DNA of 64,000 nt, taken from the NCBI GenBank assembly GCA_964016885.1, contig OZ024742.1, forward strand, positions 357,988,001 to 358,052,000. Reading direction: 5' to 3'. Position numbers and translations under genes: made by a program. This DNA is from Eledone cirrhosa. Taxonomy: Eukaryota. Numbering within the stretch: the first letter of the stretch is position 1; each line of letters starts with the position of its first letter. Positions 14,470 through 30,560 of the stretch are shown in pieces. The notes under the pieces were generated by a model. It was not told where the DNA came from. It saw nothing but the letters and a program-made list of their open reading frames with translations, and ran no database searches.

Positions 14470-17400
14470 ACCATACTAACCACTGAGTCAGTATTACCAC
14501 ATACTGGCTCAACAGATAAGACCATACTAAGCTCCGAGTAAGTAGTACCACATACTGGCTCAACAGATAAGACCATACTAATCCCTGAGTAAGTAGTACA
14601 ATATACTGGCTCAACAGATAAGACCATACTAATCCCTGAGTAAGTAGTACCATATACTGACTCAACAGATAAGACCATACTAAGGTCTGAGTCAGTATTA
14701 CCAGATACTGCCTCAACAGATAAGACCATACTAATCACTGAGTCAGTATTAAAAGATACTGGCTCAACAGATAAGACCATAATAACCACTGAGTCAGTAT
14801 TACGACATACTAGCTCAACAGATAATACTATACTGATCACTGAGTCAGCATTACCACATACTGACTCAACAGATAAGACCATACTAATCACTGAGTCAGT
14901 ATTACGACATACAATCTCAACAGCTAAGACCATGCTAATTACTGAGTCAGTAGTATCATATAATAACTCAACAGATAAGACCATACTAATCACTGAGTCA
15001 GTATTACCACATACTGGGCCCAACAGATAAGACCATACTAATCACTGAGTAAGTATTACCACATACTGGCTCAACAGATAAGGCCATACTAATCACTGAG
15101 TCAGTATTACCACATACTGGCTCAACAGATAAGACCATACTAATCACTGAGTCAGTATTGCGACATACTAGCTCAAAAGATAAGACCATACTAATCACTG
15201 AGTCAGTATTACCAAACAATGGCTCAACAGATAAGACCATATTAATCACTGAGTCAGTATTACCACATACAGGCTCAACAGATAAGACCATACTTATCAC
15301 TGAGTCAGAATTACCACATACATTCTCAACAGATAAGACCATACTAACCACTGAGTCAGTATTACCACATACAGGCTCAACAGATAACACCATACTAATC
15401 ACTAAGTCAGTATTACCATATTCTGGCTCAACAGAGAAGACCATACTAAGCTCTGACTAAGTAGTACCACATACTGGCTCAACAGATAAGACCATACTAA
15501 GCCTGAGTCAGTATTACCACATACTGGCTCAACAGATAAGACCATACTAATCACCGAGACAGTATTACCACATACTGGGCTCAACAGATAAGACCATACT
15601 AATCACTGAGTCAGTATTACCATAGAGTGGCTCAACAGTTAAGACAATACTAATCACTGAGTCAGTATTACCACATACTGGCTCAACAGATAAGACAATA
15701 CTAATCACTGAGTCGGTATTACCACATACTAGCTCAACAGATGAGACAATACTAATCACTGAGTCAGTATTACGACATACAGGCTCAACAGCTGAGACCA
15801 TACTAATTACTGAGTCAGTAGTACCATATAATAACTCAACAGATAAGACCATACTAACCACTGAGTCAGTATTACCACATACTGGCTCAACAGATAAGAC
15901 CATACTAAGCTCTGAGTAAGTAGTACCACATACTGGCTCAACAGATAAGACCATACTAATCCCTGAGTAATTAGTACCATATACTGGTTCAACAGATAAG
16001 ACCATACTAATCACTGAGTAAGTATTACCACATACTGGCTCAACAGATAAGACCATACAAATCACTGAGTTAGTCTTACCACATACTGGGCTCAACAGAT
16101 AAGACCATACTAATCACTGAGTCAATATTATCTCATACTGTCTCAACAGATAGGACCATACTAAGCTCTGAATCAGTAGTAACACATACGGGCCCAACAG
16201 ATAAGAACATACTAATCACTGAGTCATTATTACCACATTCTGGGCTCCACAGATAGGACCATGCTAAGCTCTGAGACAGTAGTCCCACATACTGGCTCAA
16301 CAGATAAGACCATACTAAGCTCTGAGTCAGTAGTGCCACATACTGGCTGAACAGATAAGACCATACTAACCACTTAGTCAGTATTACCACATACTGGCTG
16401 AACAGATAAGACGATACTAATCACTGAGTCAGTATTACCACATACTAGCTCAACAGATAAGTCCATACTAACCACTTAGTCAGTATTACGACATAGTAGC
16501 TCAACAGATAAGACCATACTAATCACTGTGTCAGTATTACCACATACTAGCTCAACAGATAAGACCATACTAATCACGGATTCAGTATTACCACATACTG
16601 GGCTCAACAGATAAGACCATACTAATCACTGAGTCATTATTACCACATACTGGCTCAACAGATAAGACCATACTAACCACTGAGTCAGTAGTACCACATA
16701 CTGGCTGAATAGATAACACCATACTAATCACTAAGTCAGTATTACCATATACTAGCTCAACAGATAAGACCATAGTAACCACTGAGTCAGTATTACCACA
16801 TACTGGCTCAACAGATAAGACCATACTAAGCTCTGAGTAAGTAGTACCACATACTGGCTCAACAGATAAGACCATACTAATCCCTGAGTAATTAGTACCA
16901 TATACTGGCTCAACAGATAAGACCATACTAAGGTCTGAGTCAGTATTACCAAATACTGCCTCAACATATAAGACCATACTAATCACTGAGTCAGTATTAC
17001 AAGATACTGGCTCAACAGTTAAGACCATAATAACCACCGAGTCAGTATTACCACATACTAGCTCAACAGATAATACTATACTGATCACTGAGTCAGTATT
17101 ACCACATACTGACTCAACAGATAAGACCATACTAATCACTGAGTCAGTATTACCACATAGTAGCTCAGCAGATGAGACAATACTAATCACTGAGTCAGTA
17201 TTACGACATACAGTCTCAACAGCTAAGACCATGCTAATTACTGAGTCAGTAGTACCATATAATAACTCAACAGATAAGACCATACTAATCACTGAGTCAG
17301 TATTACCACATACTGGGCTCAACAGATAAGACCATACTAATCACTGAGTAAGTATTACCACATACTGGCTCAACAGATAAGACCATACTAATCACTGAGT

Positions 17401-20400
17401 CAGTATTACCACATACTGGGCTCAATAGATAAGACCATACTAATCACTGAGTCAATATTATCAATTACTGGCTCAACAGATAAGACCATACTAATCACTG
17501 AGTCAGTATTACCACATACTAGCTCAACAGATAAGACAATACTAATCACTGAGTCAGTATTACGACATACAGGCTCAACAGCTGAGACCATACTAATTAC
17601 TGAGTCAGTAGTACCATATACTAACTCAACAGATAGGACCATACTAAGCTCTGAATCAGTAGTACCACATACTGTCTCAACAGATAAGACCATACTAATC
17701 ACTGAGTCATTATTACCACATCCTGGGCCCCACAGATAGGACCATGCTAAGCTCTGAGTCAGTAGTACCACATACTGGCTCAAAAGATAAGACCATACTA
17801 AGCTCTGAGTCAGTAGTACCACATACTGGCTGAACAGATAAGGCCATACTAACCACTGAGTCAGTATTACGACATACTAGCTCAACAGATAAGACCATAC
17901 TAATCACTGAGTCAGTATTACCACATACTGGCTCAACAGATAAGACCATACTAATCACTGAGTCAGTATTACCACATACATTTTCAACAGATAAGACCAT
18001 ACTAATCACTGAGACAGTATTACCACATACTGGCTCAACAGATAAGACCAGACTAATCACTGAGTCAGTATTACCACATACAGGCTCAACAGATAACACC
18101 ATACTAATCATTAAGACAGTATTACCATATACTGGCTCAACAGAGAAGACCATACTAAGCTCTGACTAAGTAGTACCACATACTGGCTCAACAGATAAGA
18201 CAATACTAATCACTGAGACAGTATTACCACATACTGGGCTCAACAGATAAGACCATACTAATCACTGAGTCAGAATTACCACATACATTCTCAACAGATA
18301 AGACCATACTAATCACTGAGTCAGTATTACGACATACTAGCTCAACAGATAAGACCATACTAACCACTGAGTCAGTATTACCACATACAGGCTCAACAGA
18401 TAACACCATACTAATACCTAAGTCAGTATTACCATATACTGGCTCAACAGATAAGACGATACTAAGCTCTGAGTCAGTATTACCACATACTGGCTCAACA
18501 GATAAGACCATACTAATCACCGAGACAGTATTACCACTTACTGGGCTCAACAGATAAGACCATACTAATCACTGAGTCAGTATTACCACATAATGGCTCA
18601 AAAGTTAAGACAATACTAATCACTGAGTCAGTATTACCACATACTGGCTCAACAGATAAGACAATACTAATCACTGAGTCGGTATTACCACATACTAGCA
18701 CAACAGATAAGACAATACTAAACACTGAGTCAGTATTACGACATACAGGCTCAACAGATAAGACCATATTAATCATTGAGTCAGTATTACTACATCCTGG
18801 ACTCAACAAATAGGACCATACTAAGCTCTGAATCAGTAGTACCACATACTGGCTCAACAGATAAGAACATACTAATCACTGAGTAAGTAGTACCACATAC
18901 TGGCTCAACAGATAAGACCATACTAAGGTCTGAGTCAGTATTACCAGATACTGCCTCAACAGATAAGACCATACTAATCACTGAGTCAGTATTACCACAT
19001 ACTGGGCTCAACAGATAAGACCATACTAATCACTGAGTAAGTATTACCACATACTGGCTCAACAGATAAGACCATACTAATCACTGAGTCAGTATTACGA
19101 CATACTAGCTCAAGACATAAGACCATACTAATCACTGAGTCAATATTATCACATACTGGCTCAACAGATAAGACCATACTAAGGTCTGAGTCAGTATTAC
19201 CAAATACTGCCTCAACAGATAAGACCATACTAATCACTGAGTCAGTATTACCACATAGTGGCTCAACAGTTAAGACAATACTAATCACTAAGTCAGTATT
19301 ACCACATACTGGCAAACAGATAAGACCATACTAACCACTGAGTCAGTATTACCACATACTGGCTCAACAGATAAGACCATACTAAGCTCCGAGTAAGTAG
19401 TACCACATACTGGCTCAACAGATAAGACCATACTAATCCCTGAGTAAGTAGTACAATATACTGGCTCAACAGATAAGACCATACTAATCCCTGAGTAAGT
19501 AGTACCATATACTGACTCAACAGATAAGACCATACTAAGGTCTGAGTCAGTATTACCAGATACTGCCTCAACAGATAAGACCATACTAATCACTGAGTCA
19601 GTATTAAAAGATACTGGCTCAACAGATAATACCATAATAACCACTGAGTCAGTATTACGACATACTAGCTCAACAGATAATACTATACTGATCACTGAGT
19701 CAGCATTACCACATACTGACTCAACAGATAAGACCATACTAATCACTGAGTCAGTATTACGACATACAATCTCAACAGCTAAGACCATGCTAATTACTGA
19801 GTCAGTAGTATCATATAATAACTCAACAGATAAGACCATACTAATCACTGAGTCAGTATTACCACATACTGGGCCCAACAGATAAGACCATACTAATCAC
19901 TGAGTAAGTATTACCACATACTGGCTCAACAGATAAGGCCATACTAATCACTGAGTCAGTATTACCACATACTGGCTCAACAGATAAGACCATACTAATC
20001 ACTGAGTCAGTATTGCGACATACTAGCTCAAAAGATAAGACCATACTAATCACTGAGTCAGTATTACCAAACAATGGCTCAACAGATAAGACCATATTAA
20101 TCACTGAGTCAGTATTACCACATACAGGCTCAACAGATAAGACCATACTTATCACTGAGTCAGAATTACCACATACATTCTCAACAGATAAGACCATACT
20201 AACCACTGAGTCAGTATTACCACATACAGGCTCAACAGATAACACCATACTAATCACTAAGTCAGTATTACCATATTCTGGCTCAACAGAGAAGACCATA
20301 CTAAGCTCTGACTAAGTAGTACCACATACTGGCTCAACAGATAAGACCATACTAAGCCTGAGTCAGTATTACCACATACTGGCTCAACAGATAAGACCAT

Positions 20401-23400
20401 ACTAATCACCGAGACAGTATTACCACATACTGGGCTCAACAGATAAGACCATACTAATCACTGAGTCAGTATTACCATAGAGTGGCTCAACAGTTAAGAC
20501 AATACTAATCACTGAGTCAGTATTACCACATACTGGCTCAACAGATAAGACAATACTAATCACTGAGTCGGTATTACCACATACTAGCTCAACAGATGAG
20601 ACAATACTAATCACTGAGTCAGTATTACGACATACAGGCTCAACAGCTGAGACCATACTAATTACTGAGTCAGTAGTACCATATAATAACTCAACAGATA
20701 AGACCATACTAACCACTGAGTCAGTATTACCACATACTGGCTCAACAGATAAGACCATACTAAGCTCTGAGTAAGTAGTACCACATACTGGCTCAACAGA
20801 TAAGACCATACTAATCCCTGAGTAATTAGTACCATATACTGGTTCAACAGATAAGACCATACTAATCACTGAGTAAGTATTACCACATACTGGCTCAACA
20901 GATAAGACCATACAAATCACTGAGTTAGTCTTACCACATACTGGGCTCAACAGATAAGACCATACTAATCACTGAGTCAATATTATCTCATACTGTCTCA
21001 ACAGATAGGACCATACTAAGCTCTGAATCAGTAGTAACACATACGGGCCCAACAGATAAGAACATACTAATCACTGAGTCATTATTACCACATTCTGGGC
21101 TCCACAGATAGGACCATGCTAAGCTCTGAGACAGTAGTCCCACATACTGGCTCAACAGATAAGACCATACTAAGCTCTGAGTCAGTAGTGCCACATACTG
21201 GCTGAACAGATAAGACCATACTAACCACTTAGTCAGTATTACCACATACTGGCTGAACAGATAAGACGATACTAATCACTGAGTCAGTATTACCACATAC
21301 TAGCTCAACAGATAACACAATACTAATCACTGAGTCAGTATTACCACATACAGGCTCAACAGATAAGTCCATACTAACCACTTAGTCAGTATTACGACAT
21401 AGTAGCTCAACAGATAAGACCATACTAATCACTGTGTCAGTATTACCACATACTAGCTCAACAGATAAGACCATACTAATCACGGATTCAGTATTACCAC
21501 ATACTGGGCTCAACAGATAAGACCATACTAATCACTGAGTCATTATTACCACATACTGGCTCAACAGATAAGACCATACTAACCACTGAGTCAGTAGTAC
21601 CACATACTGGCTGAATAGATAACACCATACTAATCACTAAGTCAGTATTACCATATACTAGCTCAACAGATAAGACCATAGTAACCACTGAGTCAGTATT
21701 ACCACATACTGGCTCAACAGATAAGACCATACTAAGCTCTGAGTAAGTAGTACCACATACTGGCTCAACAGATAAGACCATACTAATCCCTGAGTAATTA
21801 GTACCATATACTGGCTCAACAGATAAGACCATACTAAGGTCTGAGTCAGTATTACCAAATACTGCCTCAACATATAAGACCATACTAATCACTGAGTCAG
21901 TATTACAAGATACTGGCTCAACAGTTAAGACCATAATAACCACCGAGTCAGTATTACCACATACTAGCTCAACAGATAATACTATACTGATCACTGAGTC
22001 AGTATTACCACATACTGACTCAACAGATAAGACCATACTAATCACTGAGTCAGTATTACCACATAGTAGCTCAGCAGATGAGACAATACTAATCACTGAG
22101 TCAGTATTACGACATACAGTCTCAACAGCTAAGACCATGCTAATTACTGAGTCAGTAGTACCATATAATAACTCAACAGATAAGACCATACTAATCACTG
22201 AGTCAGTATTACCACATACTGGGCTCAACAGATAAGACCATACTAATCACTGAGTAAGTATTACCACATACTGGCTCAACAGATAAGGCCATACTAATCA
22301 CTGAGTCAGTATTACCACATACTGGGCTCAATAGATAAGACCATACTAATCACTGAGTCAATATTATCAATTACTGGCTCAACAGATAAGACCATACTAA
22401 TCACTGAGTCAGTATTACCACATACTAGCTCAACAGATAAGACAATACTAATCACTGAGTCAGCATTACGACATACAGGCTCAACAGCTGAGACCATACT
22501 AATTACTGAGTCAGTAGTACCATATACTAACTCAACAGATAGGACCATACTAAGCTCTGAATCAGTAGTACCACATACTGTCTCAACAGATAAGACCATA
22601 CTAATCACTGAGTCATTATTACCACATCCTGGGCCCCACAGATAGGACCATGCTAAGCTCTGAGTCAGTAGTACCACATACTGGCTCAAAAGATAAGACC
22701 ATACTAAGCTCTGAGTCAGTAGTACCACATACTGGCTGAACAGATAAGGCCATACTAACCACTGAGTCAGTATTACGACATACTAGCTCAACAGATAAGA
22801 CCATACTAATCACTGAGTCAGTATTACCACATACTGGCTCAACAGATAAGACCATACTAATCACTGAGTCAGTATTACCACATACATTTTCAACAGATAA
22901 GACCATACTAATCACTGAGACAGTATTACCACATACTGGCTCAACAGATAAGACCAGACTAATCACTGAGTCAGTATTACCACATACAGGCTCAACAGAT
23001 AACACCATACTAATCATTAAGACAGTATTACCATATACTGGCTCAACAGAGAAGACCATACTAAGCTCTGACTAAGTAGTACCACATACTGGCTCAACAG
23101 ATAAGACAATACTAATCACTGAGACAGTATTACCACATACTGGGCTCAACAGATAAGACCATACTAATCACTGAGTCAGAATTACCACATACATTCTCAA
23201 CAGATAAGACCATACTAATCACTGAGTCAGTATTACGACATACTAGCTCAACAGATAAGACCATACTAACCACTGAGTCAGTATTACCACATACAGGCTC
23301 AACAGATAACACCATACTAATACCTAAGTCAGTATTACCATATACTGGCTCAACAGATAAGACGATACTAAGCTCTGAGTCAGTATTACCACATACTGGC

Positions 23401-26400
23401 TCAACAGATAAGACCATACTAATCACCGAGACAGTATTACCACTTACTGGGCTCAACAGATAAGACCATACTAATCACTGAGTCAGTATTACCACATAAT
23501 GGCTCAAAAGTTAAGACAATACTAATCACTGAGTCAGTATTACCACATACTGGCTCAACAGATAAGACAATACTAATCACTGAGTCGGTATTACCACATA
23601 CTAGCACAACAGATAAGACAATACTAAACACTGAGTCAGTATTACGACATACAGGCTCAACAGATAAGACCATATTAATCATTGAGTCAGTATTACTACA
23701 TCCTGGACTCAACAAATAGGACCATACTAAGCTCTGAATCAGTAGTACCACATACTGGCTCAACAGATAAGAACATACTAATCACTGAGTAAGTAGTACC
23801 ACATACTGGCTCAACAGATAAGACCATACTAAGGTCTGAGTCAGTATTACCAGATACTGCCTCAACAGATAAGACCATACTAATCACTGAGTCAGTATTA
23901 CCACATACTGGGCTCAACAGATAAGACCATACTAATCACTGAGTAAGTATTACCACATACTGGCTCAACAGATAAGACCATACTAATCACTGAGTCAGTA
24001 TTACGACATACTAGCTCAAGACATAAGACCATACTAATCACTGAGTCAATATTATCACATACTGGCTCAACAGATAAGACCATACTAAGGTCTGAGTCAG
24101 TATTACCAAATACTGCCTCAACAGATAAGACCATACTAATCACTGAGTCAGTATTACCACATAGTGGCTCAACAGTTAAGACAATACTAATCACTAAGTC
24201 AGTATTACCACATACTGGCAAACAGATAAGACCATACTAACCACTGAGTCAGTATTACCACATACTGGCTCAACAGATAAGACCATACTAAGCTCCGAGT
24301 AAGTAGTACCACATACTGGCTCAACAGATAAGACCATACTAATCCCTGAGTAAGTAGTACAATATACTGGCTCAACAGATAAGACCATACTAATCCCTGA
24401 GTAAGTAGTACCATATACTGACTCAACAGATAAGACCATACTAAGGTCTGAGTCAGTATTACCAGATACTGCCTCAACAGATAAGACCATACTAATCACT
24501 GAGTCAGTATTAAAAGATACTGGCTCAACAGATAAGACCATAATAACCACTGAGTCAGTATTACGACATACTAGCTCAACAGATAATACTATACTGATCA
24601 CTGAGTCAGCATTACCACATACTGACTCAACAGATAAGACCATACTAATCACTGAGTCAGTATTACGACATACAATCTCAACAGCTAAGACCATGCTAAT
24701 TACTGAGTCAGTAGTATCATATAATAACTCAACAGATAAGACCATACTAATCACTGAGTCAGTATTACCACATACTGGGCCCAACAGATAAGACCATACT
24801 AATCACTGAGTAAGTATTACCACATACTGGCTCAACAGATAAGGCCATACTAATCACTGAGTCAGTATTACCACATACTGGCTCAACAGATAAGACCATA
24901 CTAATCACTGAGTCAGTATTGCGACATACTAGCTCAAAAGATAAGACCATACTAATCACTGAGTCAGTATTACCAAACAATGGCTCAACAGATAAGACCA
25001 TATTAATCACTGAGTCAGTATTACCACATACAGGCTCAACAGATAAGACCATACTTATCACTGAGTCAGAATTACCACATACATTCTCAACAGATAAGAC
25101 CATACTAACCACTGAGTCAGTATTACCACATACAGGCTCAACAGATAACACCATACTAATCACTAAGTCAGTATTACCATATTCTGGCTCAACAGAGAAG
25201 ACCATACTAAGCTCTGACTAAGTAGTACCACATACTGGCTCAACAGATAAGACCATACTAAGCCTGAGTCAGTATTACCACATACTGGCTCAACAGATAA
25301 GACCATACTAATCACCGAGACAGTATTACCACATACTGGGCTCAACAGATAAGACCATACTAATCACTGAGTCAGTATTACCATAGAGTGGCTCAACAGT
25401 TAAGACAATACTAATCACTGAGTCAGTATTACCACATACTGGCTCAACAGATAAGACAATACTAATCACTGAGTCGGTATTACCACATACTAGCTCAACA
25501 GATGAGACAATACTAATCACTGAGTCAGTATTACGACATACAGGCTCAACAGCTGAGACCATACTAATTACTGAGTCAGTAGTACCATATAATAACTCAA
25601 CAGATAAGACCATACTAACCACTGAGTCAGTATTACCACATACTGGCTCAACAGATAAGACCATACTAAGCTCTGAGTAAGTAGTACCACATACTGGCTC
25701 AACAGATAAGACCATACTAATCCCTGAGTAATTAGTACCATATACTGGTTCAACAGATAAGACCATACTAATCACTGAGTAAGTATTACCACATACTGGC
25801 TCAACAGATAAGACCATACAAATCACTGAGTTAGTCTTACCACATACTGGGCTCAACAGATAAGACCATACTAATCACTGAGTCAATATTATCTCATACT
25901 GTCTCAACAGATAGGACCATACTAAGCTCTGAATCAGTAGTAACACATACGGGCCCAACAGATAAGAACATACTAATCACTGAGTCATTATTACCACATT
26001 CTGGGCTCCACAGATAGGACCATGCTAAGCTCTGAGACAGTAGTCCCACATACTGGCTCAACAGATAAGACCATACTAAGCTCTGAGTCAGTAGTGCCAC
26101 ATACTGGCTGAACAGATAAGACCATACTAACCACTTAGTCAGTATTACCACATACTGGCTGAACAGATAAGACGATACTAATCACTGAGTCAGTATTACC
26201 ACATACTAGCTCAACAGATAACACAATACTAATCACTGAGTCAGTATTACCACATACAGGCTCAACAGATAAGTCCATACTAACCACTTAGTCAGTATTA
26301 CGACATAGTAGCTCAACAGATAAGACCATACTAATCACTGTGTCAGTATTACCACATACTAGCTCAACAGATAAGACCATACTAATCACGGATTCAGTAT

Positions 26401-28860
26401 TACCACATACTGGGCTCAACAGATAAGACCATACTAATCACTGAGTCATTATTACCACATACTGGCTCAACAGATAAGACCATACTAACCACTGAGTCAG
26501 TAGTACCACATACTGGCTGAATAGATAACACCATACTAATCAGTAAGTCAGTATTACCATATACTAGCTCAACAGATAAGACCATAGTAACCACTGAGTC
26601 AGTATTACCACATACTGGCTCAACAGATAAGACCATACTAAGCTCTGAGTAAGTAGTACCACATACTGGCTCAACAGATAAGACCATACTAATCCCTGAG
26701 TAATTAGTACCATATACTGGCTCAACAGATAAGACCATACTAAGGTCTGAGTCAGTATTACCAAATACTGCCTCAACATATAAGACCATACTAATCACTG
26801 AGTCAGTATTACAAGATACTGGCTCAACAGTTAAGACCATAATAACCACCGAGTCAGTATTACCACATACTAGCTCAACAGATAATACTATACTGATCAC
26901 TGAGTCAGTATTACCACATACTGACTCAACAGATAAGACCATACTAATCACTGAGTCAGTATTACCACATAGTAGCTCAGCAGATGAGACAATACTAATC
27001 ACTGAGTCAGTATTACGACATACAGTCTCAACAGCTAAGACCATGCTAATTACTGAGTCAGTAGTACCATATAATAACTCAACAGATAAGACCATACTAA
27101 TCACTGAGTCAGTATTACCACATACTGGGCTCAACAGATAAGACCATACTAATCACTGAGTAAGTATTACCACATACTGGCTCAACAGATAAGGCCATAC
27201 TAATCACTGAGTCAGTATTACCACATACTGGGCTCAATAGATAAGACCATACTAATCACTGAGTCAATATTATCAATTACTGGCTCAACAGATAAGACCA
27301 TACTAATCACTGAGTCAGTATTACCACATACTAGCTCAACAGATAAGACAATACTAATCACTGAGTCAGTATTACGACATACAGGCTCAACAGCTGAGAC
27401 CATACTAATTACTGAGTCAGTAGTACCATATACTAACTCAACAGATAGGACCATACTAACCTCTGAATCAGTAGTACCACATACTGTCTCAACAGATAAG
27501 ACCATACTAATCACTGAGTCATTATTACCACATCCTGGGCCCCACAGATAGGACCATGCTAAGCTCTGAGTCAGTAGTACCACATACTGGCTCAAAAGAT
27601 AAGACCATACTAAGCTCTGAGTCAGTAGTACCACATACTGGCTGAACAGATAAGGCCATACTAACCACTGAGTCAGTATTACGACATACTAGCTCAACAG
27701 ATAAGACCATACTAATCACTGAGTCAGTATTACCACATACTGGCTCAACAGATAAGACCATACTAATCACTGAGTCAGTATTACCACATACATTTTCAAC
27801 AGATAAGACCATACTAATCACTGAGACAGTATTACCACATACTGGCTCAACAGATAAGACCAGACTAATCACTGAGTCAGTATTACCACATACAGGCTCA
27901 ACAGATAACACCATACTAATCATTAAGACAGTATTACCATATACTGGCTCAACAGAGAAGACCATACTAAGCTCTGACTAAGTAGTACCACATACTGGCT
28001 CAACAGATAAGACAATACTAATCACTGAGACAGTATTACCACATACTGGGCTCAACAGATAAGACCATACTAATCACTGAGTCAGAATTACCACATACAT
28101 TCTCAACAGATAAGACCATACTAATCACTGAGTCAGTATTACGACATACTAGCTCAACAGATAAGACCATACTAACCACTGAGTCAGTATTACCACATAC
28201 AGGCTCAACAGATAACACCATACTAATACCTAAGTCAGTATTACCATATACTGGCTCAACAGATAAGACGATACTAAGCTCTGAGTCAGTATTACCACAT
28301 ACTGGCTCAACAGATAAGACCATACTAATCACCGAGACAGTATTACCACTTACTGGGCTCAACAGATAAGACCATACTAATCACTGAGTCAGTATTACCA
28401 CATAATGGCTCAAAAGTTAAGACAATACTAATCACTGAGTCAGTATTACCACATACTGGCTCAACAGATAAGACAATACTAATCACTGAGTCGGTATTAC
28501 CACATACTAGCACAACAGATAAGACAATACTAAACACTGAGTCAGTATTACGACATACAGGCTCAACAGATAAGACCATATTAATCATTGAGTCAGTATT
28601 ACTACATCCTGGACTCAACAAATAGGACCATACTAAGCTCTGAATCAGTAGTACCACATACTGGCTCAACAGATAAGAACATACTAATCACTGAGTAAGT
28701 AGTACCACATACTGGCTCAACAGATAAGACCATACTAAGGTCTGAGTCAGTATTACCAGATACTGCCTCAACAGATAAGACCATACTAATCACTGAGTCA
28801 GTATTACCACATACTGGGCTCAACAGATAAGACCATACTAATCACTGAGTAAGTATTACC
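14470..28860. repeat. 96-unit (4906-bp) higher-order repeat, about 3 near-identical tandem copies
   Basis: ORF series recurs at +4906 (16588/21494/26400; 17406/22312/27218; 19288/24194). The first copy lacks one unit near 16455 (offset 4855). 96x51 plus twelve 52-mers minus two 50-mers equals 4906. Confidence 0.95.
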
Positions 28861-30560
28861 ACATACTGGCTCAACAGATAAGACCATACTAATCACTGAG
28901 TCAGTATTACCACATACTGGGCTCAATAGATAAGACCATACTAATCACTGAGTCAATATTATCAATTACTGGCTCAACAGATAAGACCATACTAATCACT
29001 GAGTCAGTATTACCACATACTAGCTCAACAGATAAGACAATACTAATCACTGAGTCAGTATTACGACATACAGGCTCAACAGCTGAGACCATACTAATTA
29101 CTGAGTCAGTAGTACCATATACTAACTCAACAGATAGGACCATACTAAGCTCTGAATCAGTAGTACCACATACTGTCTCAACAGATAAGACCATACTAAT
29201 CACTGAGTCATTATTACCACATCCTGGGCCCCACAGATAGGACCATGCTAAGCTCTGAGTCAGTAGTACCACATACTGGCTCAAAAGATAAGACCATACT
29301 AAGCTCTGAGTCAGTAGTACCACATACTGGCTGAACAGATAAGGCCATACTAACCACTGAGTCAGTATTACGACATACTAGCTCAACAGATAAGACCATA
29401 CTAATCACTGAGTCAGTATTACCACATACTGGCTCAACAGATAAGACCATACTAATCACTGAGTCAGTATTACCACATACATTTTCAACAGATAAGACCA
29501 TACTAATCACTGAGACAGTATTACCACATACTGGCTCAACAGATAAGACCAGACTAATCACTGAGTCAGTATTACCACATACAGGCTCAACAGATAACAC
29601 CATACTAATCATTAAGACAGTATTACCATATACTGGCTCAACAGAGAAGACCATACTAAGCTCTGACTAAGTAGTACCACATACTGGCTCAACAGATAAG
29701 ACAATACTAATCACTGAGACAGTATTACCACATACTGGGCTCAACAGATAAGACCATACTAATCACTGAGTCAGAATTACCACATACATTCTCAACAGAT
29801 AAGACCATACTAATCACTGAGTCAGTATTACGACATACTAGCTCAACAGATAAGACCATACTAACCACTGAGTCAGTATTACCACATACAGGCTCAACAG
29901 ATAACACCATACTAATACCTAAGTCAGTATTACCATATACTGGCTCAACAGATAAGACGATACTAAGCTCTGAGTCAGTATTACCACATACTGGCTCAAC
30001 AGATAAGACCATACTAATCACCGAGACAGTATTACCACTTACTGGGCTCAACAGATAAGACCATACTAATCACTGAGTCAGTATTACCACATAATGGCTC
30101 AAAAGTTAAGACAATACTAATCACTGAGTCAGTATTACCACATACTGGCTCAACAGATAAGACAATACTAATCACTGAGTCGGTATTACCACATACTAGC
30201 ACAACAGATAAGACAATACTAAACACTGAGTCAGTATTACGACATACAGGCTCAACAGATAAGACCATATTAATCATTGAGTCAGTATTACTACATCCTG
30301 GACTCAACAAATAGGACCATACTAAGCTCTGAATCAGTAGTACCACATACTGGCTCAACAGATAAGAACATACTAATCACTGAGTAAGTAGTACCACATA
30401 CTGGCTCAACAGATAAGACCATGCTAAGGTCTGAGTCAGTATTACCAGATACTGCCTCAACAGATAAGACCATACTAATCACTGAGTCAGTATTACCACA
30501 TACTGGGCTCAACAGATAAGACCATACTAATCACTGAGTAAGTATTACCACATACTGGCT
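27130..30560. repeat. 33-unit (1689-bp) tandem duplication
   Basis: ORF pairs 27218/28907, 27525/29214, 28036/29725 and 28602/30291 are all +1689. Confidence 0.93.
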
